From Patescibacteria group bacterium (GTDB lineage: Bacteria > Patescibacteriota > Minisyncoccia > Phycocordibacterales > XYD1-FULL-46-19), in NCBI GenBank assembly GCA_022705505.1, contig JAKJEI010000001.1, positions 8,157-72,156 on the forward strand: a DNA stretch of 64,000 bases, given 5' to 3'. Below, piece after piece: positions 46,817 to 56,074 of the stretch (the first letter of the stretch is position 1; each line of letters opens with the position of its first letter). The position numbers and the translations under genes were made by a program. A model generated the notes under the pieces. That model made no database searches and was not told the DNA's origin. It saw only the letters and a program-made list of their open reading frames with translations.

Positions 46817-46878
46817 GGTTTGTTACGTAACATGCTACGTAACAAACCTGCCCAAAGGAGGTTGGACCTCTTTTTTGG
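46817..46878. repeat. second copy of the GTTACGTA-RCATGY-TACGTAAC palindrome plus adjacent AAAGGAGG-containing hairpin
   Basis: ggtttgttacgtaacatgctacgtaacaaacc (13-bp arms), then cccaaaggaggttggacctcttttttgg. Same two-hairpin architecture as 35826-35894. Confidence 0.45.
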
Positions 46879-46923
46879 CAGAAATGTGGCATAATAACAA
46901 AATTAAAAATTTAAATTAAAACT

Positions 46924-47217
46924 ATGAAAAATCCTTTTGTTAATGCTTTGCTCGCGGTTTTGTATATCGCCATAATTGCCTTATTTTTGTTTAACGCGCC
47001 AAAGATTGAAAGCACGCCTTCGGTCTTGGCGCCAATTGTGATGCTGTCCTTGCTCACTTTTTCGGTGGCCGTGATGGGCTTTTTGTTCTTTTTTCAACCT
47101 CTGCAGTTGTATTTTGAAGACAAGAAAAAAGAAGCGATAAAGTCCTTCTTAACTACCTTATTAACCTTTGGCCTTTTAACCTTAATCTTCGCCGGAATAT
47201 TGTTTTATATACAATAG
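46924..47217 (+). CDS. small membrane protein (3 TM), hypothetical
   Basis: 97 aa, hydrophobic. Confidence 0.45.
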   Translation: MKNPFVNALLAVLYIAIIALFLFNAPKIESTPSVLAPIVMLSLLTFSVAVMGFLFFFQPLQLYFEDKKKEAIKSFLTTLLTFGLLTLIFAGILFYIQ

Positions 47218-47286
47218 GGCGAATGAAGACGACCAAATGAGCTCAAGAATTCTATTTGATTTGGTTATTCAAAAACTTGACGACAA

Positions 47287-47295
47287 TGTTATAAT
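47287..47295 (+). promoter_or_regulatory. TG-extended -10 element (TGTTATAAT)
   Basis: tgttataat lies about 45 nt upstream of a short ORF. No spaced -35 element is present. Confidence 0.35.
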
Positions 47296-47339
47296 GTAAG
47301 TGGGTATTAGTGTTCTTTTCTTGGAAAGGGGGTGATAAA

Positions 47340-47390
47340 ATGAAGCGATTCACTTTTCCGAGAGTTGCTCACTGCTGCAAAGGCAGTTGA
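47340..47390 (+). CDS. 16-codon leader ORF (MKRFTFPRVAHCCKGS) with strong SD, candidate leader peptide
   Basis: The SD gaaagggggtg sits 5 nt before the ATG. The ORF has tandem Cys codons and its stop is 4 nt before a terminator stem. Confidence 0.3.
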   Translation: MKRFTFPRVAHCCKGS

Positions 47391-47394
47391 GGTT

Positions 47395-47431
47395 GCCTGC
47401 GGAACCTTTAGGTTCCGCAGGCTCTTTTTGT
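47395..47431 (+). terminator. intrinsic terminator: 12-bp stem gcctgcggaacc/ggttccgcaggc followed by tctttttgtgtt
   Basis: Perfect hairpin followed by a T-run, 38 nt upstream of the mnmA start. Confidence 0.55.
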
Positions 47432-47468
47432 GTTCAAAAACAAAAATTCGTGGTAATGTTAGCGGGAA

Positions 47469-48587
47469 ATGGCTTTGAATAACAATAAAAAAGTCCCAAA
47501 AACAGTTTATGTTGGCATGTCAGGCGGGGTAGATAGCTCGGTTTCCGCCGCCTTGCTAAAAAAAGCCGGTTATAAGGTGGTCGGCGTTTTTATTAAACCT
47601 TGGGACCCGGCTGATGACCCAGAGACCGACTGGGGTATCGCTTGCAATTGGCGCGTTGAACGCCGCGAGGCGATGCGCGCAGCCGCCCACCTTGATATTC
47701 CGCTTATTACCCTTGACGCTTCAGGTGAATACAAAGAAAAAGTAGTTGATTATCTCTTAAGCGAATATCGCGCCGGCCGGACACCAAACCCTGATGTGAT
47801 GTGCAACAAACAAATTAAATTTGGAATCTTCTATAACTGGGCCATCGCTCAAGGCGCGAATTTTGTGGCGACAGGGCACTATTGCCAACTTAAAGCCCAA
47901 AGTTTAAAGCGCAAAACTAAAGATTTTAAGTTAGTGGTCAGCAAAGACAAAAATAAAGACCAAACTTATTTTTTGTGGAATTTAAAAAAAGAACAATTAC
48001 CGCATATTTTGTTTCCGGTCGGCGGTTACGAAAAAGAAGAAGTGCGGAAACTGGCAAAAAAATTTGGGTTGCCAAACGCCAAGAAAAAAGACAGCCAGGG
48101 GCTCTGTTTTATCGGTCAAATTGATTTTAAAAAATTTTTGAGTGGACAAATACCGCTCCAAACCGGCGCCGTTTTAAACGAAGCGGGGGAAATTATTGGT
48201 CACCATGATGGCGCGATTTTCCTTACCATCGGCGAACGGCGAGGTTTTGTTGTTGAGAAAAAAACACCTGACCAAAAACCATACTTTGTCATCGCCAAAG
48301 ATGTTAAAAAAAACACTGTCACTGTTTCATCTGAGCCAAATAAAACCAAAAAGATGAATGCTATTTTTGAAATCAATGAAATAAATTGGATCAACGAGGT
48401 CCCAAGAGTTGGCCAAAAATATCAGGCGCGTTTCCGCTATCGCCAGCCGTTGCAAACCGGCCAGTTTACCAAAGTCACACAAGAGGAGGCTGTTTTTTGT
48501 TTTGACGAATCGCAACTTAAACCAAGCGGGCAATCCTTGGTGATTTATGACGGCGATGTCTGTTTGGGTGGAGGGGCGATAAGATAA
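47469..48587 (+). CDS. mnmA: tRNA-specific 2-thiouridylase
   Basis: PP-loop VYVGMSGGVDSSVSAALL and catalytic Cys motifs. Confidence 0.9.
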   Translation: MALNNNKKVPKTVYVGMSGGVDSSVSAALLKKAGYKVVGVFIKPWDPADDPETDWGIACNWRVERREAMRAAAHLDIPLITLDASGEYKEKVVDYLLSEYRAGRTPNPDVMCNKQIKFGIFYNWAIAQGANFVATGHYCQLKAQSLKRKTKDFKLVVSKDKNKDQTYFLWNLKKEQLPHILFPVGGYEKEEVRKLAKKFGLPNAKKKDSQGLCFIGQIDFKKFLSGQIPLQTGAVLNEAGEIIGHHDGAIFLTIGERRGFVVEKKTPDQKPYFVIAKDVKKNTVTVSSEPNKTKKMNAIFEINEINWINEVPRVGQKYQARFRYRQPLQTGQFTKVTQEEAVFCFDESQLKPSGQSLVIYDGDVCLGGGAIR

Positions 48588-48685
48588 TGTAAAAATTAAA
48601 ATAGTAGGGGCCGAGAGTTTAGATAATTTAAAGATAAATACATAGTTTTTTTGCGCTTGGGCCGTTGTTTTGTTAAGATTAAATC

Positions 48686-50596
48686 ATGATTTCTGAAGAA
48701 ATTCGTCAAAAATTTTTGACTTTTTTTGAAAAAAGGGGACACAAAATAATCCCCTCGGCCTCTCTGGTGCCGGCTGATTATGGCGACGAAGGCACCCTTT
48801 TTACCACGGCCGGTATGCAACCCTTGATTCCTTATCTCTTGGGTCGACCTCACCCGGCCGGCGCTCGCTTGGTTGATGTTCAAAAATGCGTTCGAACGGG
48901 CGACATTGAAGACGTTGGCGACAACCGCCACCTGACTTTTTTTGAAATGATGGGTAACTGGTCAATCGGTGACTCCACCGCAGAAAACGGAATTGGGGCA
49001 GGTTACTTCAAGCAAGAATCTATTAATTGGAGCCTTGAATTTTTAACAAGCAAAGAAGAGGGTCTAGGCTTGGACCCCAAGCGTTTTTATGTGACAATTT
49101 TTCGGGGCGAAGATGGCCTGCCGCGCGATGAAGAAGCGATCAAAATTTGGCAGGCGGCTTTTGCTCAAGCTGGTTTGGAAGCGAACATTGCCGGCGAAGA
49201 CGAAGTGGTTGGGGAAAACATCAGAATCATCCCGCTTGGCAAAGAGGACAATTTCTGGATTGCCGGCGCTACCGGTCCATGCGGCGGCGACACGGAGATT
49301 TTTTATGACACTCGTCCGACAGATGGCCCGCTTGTTGGAAAGTTCGGTGAAATGGTGGATTCTTTCCGTCTGATTGAAGTCTGGAACAACGTTTTTATGG
49401 AATATGAAAAAATGCCGGATGGCAGTTACAAACCGCTCAAACAAAAAAACGTTGATACCGGCATGGGGTTGGAGAGGACAACCGCCGTCTTGAATAATGT
49501 TGGTGTTTTCCAGACTGATATTTTTGCTCCGATTTTGGCTGAAATCACCGCTCACAGCAATCAAGACGACGAGCAGGCCAAACGGATTATTGCCGACCAT
49601 CTTCGCACGGCTGTCTTTATGTTGGCCTCCGGTGTGGGGCCAGCCAATACTGACCGCGGCTACATCTTGCGCCGGATTATTAGGCGTTTGGTGCGTTACA
49701 GCGACAAGATTGGCGCGACCGATAACCTTAGCGAGAAATTGGTGGATTTGGTGGTGGCTAAGTATGAAAATTTTTATCCGGAACTAGCCACCGAAAAAGA
49801 TAAAATAATTGTTGAGCTTAAAAAAGAAGAGGAAAAGTTCCGTCAAACTTTAGCGGCGGGCATTAAAATTATTGACAAAGAATTTGCCGGAAAACTAAAT
49901 GAAGTCATTGACACCGCAGAAAATATGACTAGCCCGTTGTTGACTGGCGAATTTTTCTTCAACCTCTATCAAACTTACGGCATTCCGCTTGAACTTGGTT
50001 TGGAAGAGGTCAAAAATCGCGGTTTGAAATTAGTAAAAGGAATAGAGGAAAAATTAAAAACAGAATTTGGCGACCGTTTGCAAAAACACCAAGAATTATC
50101 ACGCGCCGGCGCTGACCAAAAGTTCAAAGGCGGCTTGGCCAGTGAAAGCAAACAAGTAGTCAGATACCATACCGCCACCCACCTCCTACAGGCTGCTTTA
50201 AAAGAAGTTTTGGGGCCGGAAGTGGCGCAAAGGGGCAGCAACATTACAGATGAACGGTTACGTTTTGACTTTGCTTATCCGGCCAAATTGACAGATGACC
50301 AAAAAAACGCAGTTGAAAATTTGGTTAATGAAAAAATCAAAGCTGATTTGCCAATGAACCGCGTGGAATTGCCAAAGACTGAGGCCGAAAAAACTGGCGC
50401 GACTCACCTTTTTGGTGAAAAATACGGCGAGACCGTCACAGTTTATTACACCGGCGATGATGTCGCTTCCGCTTGGTCCAAAGAATTTTGCGGGGGACCG
50501 CATGTTTCGCGCACTGGTGAATTAGGTCATTTTAAAATTAAAAAAGAAGAAGCTATAGCGGCCGGTGTTCGACGGATAAAGGCAGTTTTGGAATAA
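48686..50596 (+). CDS. alaS: alanyl-tRNA synthetase, short form without the C-terminal C-Ala domain
   Basis: Class II catalytic core (FTTAGMQPLIPYLLG...FFEMMGNWSIGD) and editing domain (HTATHLLQAALKEVLG, CGGPHV). Confidence 0.9.
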   Translation: MISEEIRQKFLTFFEKRGHKIIPSASLVPADYGDEGTLFTTAGMQPLIPYLLGRPHPAGARLVDVQKCVRTGDIEDVGDNRHLTFFEMMGNWSIGDSTAENGIGAGYFKQESINWSLEFLTSKEEGLGLDPKRFYVTIFRGEDGLPRDEEAIKIWQAAFAQAGLEANIAGEDEVVGENIRIIPLGKEDNFWIAGATGPCGGDTEIFYDTRPTDGPLVGKFGEMVDSFRLIEVWNNVFMEYEKMPDGSYKPLKQKNVDTGMGLERTTAVLNNVGVFQTDIFAPILAEITAHSNQDDEQAKRIIADHLRTAVFMLASGVGPANTDRGYILRRIIRRLVRYSDKIGATDNLSEKLVDLVVAKYENFYPELATEKDKIIVELKKEEEKFRQTLAAGIKIIDKEFAGKLNEVIDTAENMTSPLLTGEFFFNLYQTYGIPLELGLEEVKNRGLKLVKGIEEKLKTEFGDRLQKHQELSRAGADQKFKGGLASESKQVVRYHTATHLLQAALKEVLGPEVAQRGSNITDERLRFDFAYPAKLTDDQKNAVENLVNEKIKADLPMNRVELPKTEAEKTGATHLFGEKYGETVTVYYTGDDVASAWSKEFCGGPHVSRTGELGHFKIKKEEAIAAGVRRIKAVLE

Positions 50597-50609
50597 TCTA
50601 AATATTATT

Positions 50610-51518
50610 ATGGAAAAACCCCAGCCCAATCCTGAGAGCAAGAAAAAATCGGTCTTTGGGCATTTTAGAGAACCAATCAAACCCCAAGAAGAAGGGGGGT
50701 TAGATGAAATCCTGGCCAAAGCCCAAGGCTTCCAACGCCAAGAGGACGAACTGACCGGCAAGATTGATGACAAAATAAGAGAAATAAGCTCACTTTTTCT
50801 CGGGCCTCAAGAAGACTTGCCTCGGCCAACGGTTGAGGCGATAGAAGAAGTAATAGAAAAAAGTGCCAAGTTTAAGTATAAAGGGCCGGAGGAGACTAGC
50901 AGACTTGACGCTGAACTTAAACGTTCTCTTCAAAAAACTGAAGCGTCTTTGACAACAAAAGAGTCGGATTCTTTCGCCAGGTTGGAGGCCCTAGTTAAAG
51001 ATCTCATAAGTTTTAACGAAAGAGACGATTTCCACCCGGAAACTGCCCCCATTGTTGGACAGCTAGAGGATTTAACGACAATCGACTTCCAAGCAATGGG
51101 TGAAGAAGTTAAGTCGAGCGATTCTAACGAATATATCATCAACCGAGAATCTGTCTCTGCGGATTTAAGTAAACTTAGCCCCCTCAGCTTAGGGCTTAAT
51201 GGACTGGCCGGATTCAAATTATCCGAGATATTTAATCGGGTGATAAAAAATGATCCTTCAAGATATTACTTTCCCAGCTGTGATTACTTGCTTGCTTGCA
51301 GGTCTGGCTCGGCCGATGTGTTCAGGGAGGGCACGCTTATTTTGCCCGGTTTTTTCATTAGGGGTCAAGATGGTCGCTGGAAAGTTCTTGGTTTGAAATA
51401 CAATGAACAATACCGATGTCTTCTTTTTTATTTTTTTGACTTAAATCAAATTCTTGATGAAGAAGAGTCAAGGGAAATAAGACTCATGGTGTTTGAAAAA
51501 GAAAAGCGCGACGATTAA
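50610..51518 (+). CDS. hypothetical protein
   Basis: 302 aa, acidic, with no recognisable motifs. Confidence 0.45.
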   Translation: MEKPQPNPESKKKSVFGHFREPIKPQEEGGLDEILAKAQGFQRQEDELTGKIDDKIREISSLFLGPQEDLPRPTVEAIEEVIEKSAKFKYKGPEETSRLDAELKRSLQKTEASLTTKESDSFARLEALVKDLISFNERDDFHPETAPIVGQLEDLTTIDFQAMGEEVKSSDSNEYIINRESVSADLSKLSPLSLGLNGLAGFKLSEIFNRVIKNDPSRYYFPSCDYLLACRSGSADVFREGTLILPGFFIRGQDGRWKVLGLKYNEQYRCLLFYFFDLNQILDEEESREIRLMVFEKEKRDD

Positions 51519-51558
51519 TCCCTTTCTTTTTTTCTAGGAGAATCTTATAATATAAGAA

Positions 51559-54087
51559 GTGTCTTTCTTATCACGCAAAAAAGGAGAAGGCGATTTAGTG
51601 GCGTTGATTGACATTGGCAGCAATCAAATCAGCGGCGCGATTTTTCGGACTGGCCAAAAAAACAAAACGAGCATCTCTTCCAGCATTTTGTTCTTTACGC
51701 AAACAGAATTATCGCCCCAAAGGTCTATCGCTTTTAAAGATTATCTCAAGGAAGCAAGCCAAGCCTTGGAAAAGGTTTTAAAGGCGCTAAAAGCAAGTCA
51801 CCATAAGCCGCAGGCTGTTTTTTGCTTTTTATCATCACCTTACTTTATAACCAGAACCAAAGACATAGTTTGGCGGTCGGAACAAAAAGCGCCCATTACA
51901 ACCAAGAAAATAGGGGAACTTAGCGTTGGGTCAGCCAAAGATTTTGCCGACAAACACCCTTCGCTTTATCCGGAAATTCTAAATGACCGAACTATTATTA
52001 TTGAAAATGAAATAATGTCGGTTGTTCTTGACGGTTACAAAGGCGACAACCTAACCAGGGGGGTGGCCGGCAAGGTGGAGATTAGCCAATATGTTAGTCT
52101 TGGCTCAGAGACTCTTTTGGGTTATTTCAAAAATATGGTGGCTAGTTTTTTTCCGCAAGCGCCCGTCAAATTCCAGACCTTTACCTTTGCCGCTTATAGT
52201 GTCTTCAAAGATTTAATGACCGGTGAAAAAGATTTTTTCCTGATAGATGCGGCCGGCGATATCACAGATATTTTGGTGGTCAACGACGGCGTTTTGGCCG
52301 AACATAGGTCTTTTCCTTTTGGCCGCCGACAAATTTTGAAAAAATTAGCTGAATTTTCGGGCACGGTTCCGGCCGAGGCCGAGTCATTGCTGAAGTTGCT
52401 GACAGAAAGTAAAACAAGTCAATCTGCCAACGCGCGCGTCACCGGCGCGCTGGAAAAAATTTTTATCCACTGGTCAACTTTGTTCAAAAACACTATCAGC
52501 CAAATTGCCGAAACAGTTTTTATTCCATCGCGCGTTTATCTGATTGGTTACGATAGCTCAGATTTATTGTTGGCTGATTGGATAAAAAGAATTGAGTTGT
52601 CCAAGTTTTTGTTATCATCCGAAAACTACCTCTCGGTTGGCCTTATTGATAAAAAGTTGCTTACTTATGAACCGATAAACAGCCTCGGACAAGTTACCAA
52701 CACCTTTATTTTGGCTGAAGCGCTGTTTTGTGATAAGCTGTATAAAAATCCAAATAGCTTTTATTTTATTAATTCATTAAAAAACATGCAGGATATTGTC
52801 AAAAACAAAAAAAGTCTTCGTGAAATTTTCCCAGAAGTTGGCGCGTCAAAGATGAAGTCAGGAATAACCAACACACCACCACCGACCTCTTCCCTTTCCT
52901 CTCGCACCAACCCCAGCCCTCGCCGCCGCTTTCGTTTTGCCGGTTGGCTAGTCTTATTGGTTGTTTTGTTGATTGTTGGTGTTGGAGGGTTTGTTTTGTC
53001 CAATGTTTTTGCCAGAGCAATTGTAAATATTCAACCTAAACAAGGACAATTGGATGTTTCCGGCACTCACGTAGCGACTAGAGAAGGTGATGAGGGCTTG
53101 AAATTTGTTTTGGCTGAAGATGTAGAAGAAGTGGATACGGCGACGGTGGCTGCCTCCGGTAGTGAAAAAGTAGAAATCAAAGCTAGCGGCCGAATTGTCA
53201 TTATCAACAAGGATAGTTCCACTAGCCAGACCTTGGTGGAAAAAACCCGTTTCCAAGCGCCCAATGGCAATATTTACCGGATTGCCGAATCAGTAACCGT
53301 GCCGGGCACTCACAAGAATGAAAAGGGCGAGACCGTGCCGGGACAGTTGGAAGTAACGGTTTATGCCGACAAAGCCGGCTCGGCTTATAACTTGGGACTA
53401 GCAGACTTCACTATCCCCGGTTTTGCCAAAACCCCTAAATTTGAAAAAATTACCGCCAAATCAAAGACTCCCATCAGTGGCGGGTTTATCGGCGAGAGGC
53501 CAAAAATTTCAGAAGCCGATATGGCCAACTTAGAGGAATCAATGAGCGGCAGCCTGCAAGCTAAAGTTATCGAGAAAATTAAACAACAAGTGCCCGAGGA
53601 CTATGTTCTTTTTGATGACGCGGTTTTGACCCGATTTTCTACCGAAATTGCCACCTCATCGGAAAGCGGTTCAGACAAAGTGGTCGTCAGGGGCAAAGTA
53701 ACCGCCACCGGTATTCTTTTTAACCGCGCTGACCTAAGCCAATACTTGGCCAAAGCAATCCCCGGCTGGACCGGCGAGGACAAGGTTGATATTGCGAACA
53801 TGGAAAATCTTGGTTTTACTTTGTTGGACAAAGAAAACCTTAACCCTGAAAGTCTGACTTCTATTTCCTTTAATCTGCAAGGAATCGCTCATGTTGTTTG
53901 GCAATTTGACGAGAATGCCCTCAAAGACGACCTGCAAAAAGCTGATAAAGACGACTATAACGACGTTTTTGAATCCTATCCTGAAATTCAAAAGGCGGTA
54001 ATTGTTTTCCGCCCGGGGTGGGTTCGCTCTGTGTCCCAAAATGACGCCAAAATTGAGATAAAAATAGAAGAAAAAGCTTTTGAATAG
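51559..54087 (+). CDS. large hypothetical protein: N-terminal actin-like ATPase fold (PilM/FtsA-like), Pro/Ser linker, TM helix, ~370 aa extracytoplasmic domain
   Basis: ALIDIGSNQISGAIF...FLIDAAGDITDILVVNDGVL..FPFGRRQ match actin-fold phosphate motifs. The linker is NTPPPTSSLSSRTNPSPRRR and the TM segment WLVLLVVLLIVGVGGFVL. The start is uncertain (GTG). Confidence 0.5.
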   Translation: MSFLSRKKGEGDLVALIDIGSNQISGAIFRTGQKNKTSISSSILFFTQTELSPQRSIAFKDYLKEASQALEKVLKALKASHHKPQAVFCFLSSPYFITRTKDIVWRSEQKAPITTKKIGELSVGSAKDFADKHPSLYPEILNDRTIIIENEIMSVVLDGYKGDNLTRGVAGKVEISQYVSLGSETLLGYFKNMVASFFPQAPVKFQTFTFAAYSVFKDLMTGEKDFFLIDAAGDITDILVVNDGVLAEHRSFPFGRRQILKKLAEFSGTVPAEAESLLKLLTESKTSQSANARVTGALEKIFIHWSTLFKNTISQIAETVFIPSRVYLIGYDSSDLLLADWIKRIELSKFLLSSENYLSVGLIDKKLLTYEPINSLGQVTNTFILAEALFCDKLYKNPNSFYFINSLKNMQDIVKNKKSLREIFPEVGASKMKSGITNTPPPTSSLSSRTNPSPRRRFRFAGWLVLLVVLLIVGVGGFVLSNVFARAIVNIQPKQGQLDVSGTHVATREGDEGLKFVLAEDVEEVDTATVAASGSEKVEIKASGRIVIINKDSSTSQTLVEKTRFQAPNGNIYRIAESVTVPGTHKNEKGETVPGQLEVTVYADKAGSAYNLGLADFTIPGFAKTPKFEKITAKSKTPISGGFIGERPKISEADMANLEESMSGSLQAKVIEKIKQQVPEDYVLFDDAVLTRFSTEIATSSESGSDKVVVRGKVTATGILFNRADLSQYLAKAIPGWTGEDKVDIANMENLGFTLLDKENLNPESLTSISFNLQGIAHVVWQFDENALKDDLQKADKDDYNDVFESYPEIQKAVIVFRPGWVRSVSQNDAKIEIKIEEKAFE

Positions 54088-54116
54088 CACCTGCCGGTTA
54101 AATTGGTCGATTTGCC

Positions 54117-54146
54117 TTGACTTTTAAGGCGTAAATTTGTTAATAT
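54117..54146 (+). promoter_or_regulatory. candidate promoter TTGACT-N18-TAATAT upstream of infA
   Basis: ttgact at 54117-54122 and taatat at 54141-54146. Confidence 0.45.
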
Positions 54147-54164
54147 GTCCAAGTCAATTTGGTA

Positions 54165-54413
54165 ATGGAAATAGACAAAAAAAAGACCCCTGACAACTCA
54201 CCTAAAAAGGAGGATATCGTTTATGGGGTTGTTATAGAGGCTCTGCCAAACACTTTGTTCAAAGTGAAGTTGGACAATGAGCCAGATAAGGAGATTTTGG
54301 CTTACCTAGCCGGAAAAATGCGGATTAACCGTATCCGAGTTATGGTTGGGGATAGGGTCCAAATGGTCATGGACCCCTACGGAAATCGTAGCCGAATTGT
54401 GAGGAGGGGCTAA
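54165..54413 (+). CDS. infA: translation initiation factor IF-1
   Basis: S1-like OB fold ([20 protein letters not shown]...[22 protein letters not shown]). The track start at 54159 is a TTG; the ATG at 54165 is preferred. Confidence 0.85.
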   Translation: MEIDKKKTPDNSPKKEDIVYGVVIEALPNTLFKVKLDNEPDKEILAYLAGKMRINRIRVMVGDRVQMVMDPYGNRSRIVRRG

Positions 54414-54424
54414 ATAGCAAAAAG

Positions 54425-54541
54425 ATGAAAATCAGGTCAACCATCAAAAAAAGATGCGCTCAATGCAAAATGGTCAAAAGAAGGGGCCATCTTTATATTA
54501 TTTGCAAAAATAAGCCTCGCCACAAACAAAAGCAGGCCTAG
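54425..54541 (+). CDS. rpmJ: 50S ribosomal protein L36
   Basis: MKIRSTIKKRCAQCKMVKRRGHLYIICKNKPRHKQKQA (38 aa; C-x2-C...C-x-N/H zinc ribbon). Below the track length cutoff. Confidence 0.85.
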   Translation: MKIRSTIKKRCAQCKMVKRRGHLYIICKNKPRHKQKQA

Positions 54542-54561
54542 ATAATTTTTATTTTAATATT

Positions 54562-54936
54562 ATGAGAATCGCCGGTATCACTTTGCCGAACAAAAGAATA
54601 GAGTACGCCCTGACAGCCATTTATGGCATCGGTTTACCTCGAGCGCAGGAAATTTTGGCCGAAGCCAAAATTGATTTTGGCAAAAAAAGTGACGACCTGA
54701 CTGATGACGAAGAAAACGCGATTCGTAAAGTGATAGAAGATTATAAGATTGAAGGCGACCTGAAAAGAGAGCGCTCAGCAAATATTAAGCGTCTGCGTGA
54801 TATCAAAAGCTACCGCGGTCTGAGACACCAAAGAGGTTTGCCGGCTCGCGGTCAACGCACCAAGACTAACGCCCGAACTTTGCGTGGCAAGAAAAAGACA
54901 ATGGGTTCCGGCAAACGTAAGGTTGAAAAGAAATAA
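54562..54936 (+). CDS. rpsM: 30S ribosomal protein S13
   Basis: MRIAGITLPNKRIEYALTAIYGIG. Confidence 0.95.
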   Translation: MRIAGITLPNKRIEYALTAIYGIGLPRAQEILAEAKIDFGKKSDDLTDDEENAIRKVIEDYKIEGDLKRERSANIKRLRDIKSYRGLRHQRGLPARGQRTKTNARTLRGKKKTMGSGKRKVEKK

Positions 54937-54949
54937 TAATTATTGAGTT

Positions 54950-55378
54950 ATGGGAAAGAAACGAGTTATCAAAAAAGGAGGTCAAGACAACACCAGTCGT
55001 AGTGCCGCCAGCCAAAAAACATCCAAGAAAAAATTGGATCGGGGCATTTTATACGTGGAAGCCACTTACAATAACACCAAGTTGTTATTGACCGACCCTT
55101 CTGGCAAAGCTTACGCTTGGTCATCCAGTGGCTCCCTTGGTTTTTCTGGTTCCAAAAAAGGCACGCCTTTCGCGGCGAGCAAGGTTGGCGAACTTTTGGC
55201 TGACCGCGCTTTGGCGATGGGCCTAAAAGATGCCGATGTCATTATTAAAGGTGTTGGCGCCGGTCGCGAGTCAGCAATGCGCGCTTTTTCTGCTAAAGGT
55301 ATCAATATTTTGTCAATTAAGGACCGCACGCCGGTTCCGTTCAACGGACCAAAACCGCCAAAGCCGCGCCGCGTATAA
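54950..55378 (+). CDS. rpsK: 30S ribosomal protein S11
   Basis: GILYVEATYNNTKLLLTDPSGKAYAWSSSGS. Confidence 0.95.
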   Translation: MGKKRVIKKGGQDNTSRSAASQKTSKKKLDRGILYVEATYNNTKLLLTDPSGKAYAWSSSGSLGFSGSKKGTPFAASKVGELLADRALAMGLKDADVIIKGVGAGRESAMRAFSAKGINILSIKDRTPVPFNGPKPPKPRRV

Positions 55379-55419
55379 TTTATCCAACTTCCAATTTCTA
55401 ATCTCAAACTTTTATTACC

Positions 55420-56034
55420 ATGAAAATCGGACCAAAATACAAAATTTGCAGGCGAGTCGGCGACCGGGTTTTTGGCAAATGCCAAACCACGAAATTTACT
55501 ATTTCTGGACCAGACAAAAAACGACGCACCGGCAAGCGACCTAAGGGGGCGCCGTCTGAATATTCTCTCCAACTTTTGGAAAAACAAAAGGCTCGTTTTA
55601 CCTATGGTGTCACCGAAAGACAATTTGCCAAATACGTGGCTGGAATCAAAAAACACGAGGGCAGCAACCGCGCCATTAGTATGTTTAAAACCTTAGAGAC
55701 CAGGTTAGACAATGTGATTTTCCGTTTGGGCTTAGCGCCATCACGCGCCTTGGCTAGACAACTTGTTTCGCATGGTCACATTCTGGTTAATAACCGCCGT
55801 ACCCGCGTTCCGTCTACGCAAGTTCGAGTTGGCGACAAAATCTCTATTCGTCCACAAAGTAAAAATAATGGTGTCTTCCAAAACCTGACCGAAAAAACAA
55901 AAGACTACACTATACCGGAATGGTTGTCGCTTGACCTAGAAAAAGGCGAGGGGGTTGTTAAAGGTGAGCCAATTGCCGGCAAGGCGGAAACGACCATCAA
56001 TTTTGAGTTAATTTTGGAATTTTACAGCCGATAA
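55420..56034 (+). CDS. rpsD: 30S ribosomal protein S4
   Basis: MKIGPKYKICRRVG with an S4 domain. Confidence 0.95.
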   Translation: MKIGPKYKICRRVGDRVFGKCQTTKFTISGPDKKRRTGKRPKGAPSEYSLQLLEKQKARFTYGVTERQFAKYVAGIKKHEGSNRAISMFKTLETRLDNVIFRLGLAPSRALARQLVSHGHILVNNRRTRVPSTQVRVGDKISIRPQSKNNGVFQNLTEKTKDYTIPEWLSLDLEKGEGVVKGEPIAGKAETTINFELILEFYSR

Positions 56035-56074
56035 ATTTAATAGTGATTTTTAATTTTTAATAGCTTAAATAACT

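Noticed and set aside
47277-47282. TTGACG as -35 box for the mnmA-leader promoter
   Set aside because: It lies only 7 nt from the -10 hexamer, incompatible with sigma70 spacing. The promoter call rests on the TG-extended -10 alone.
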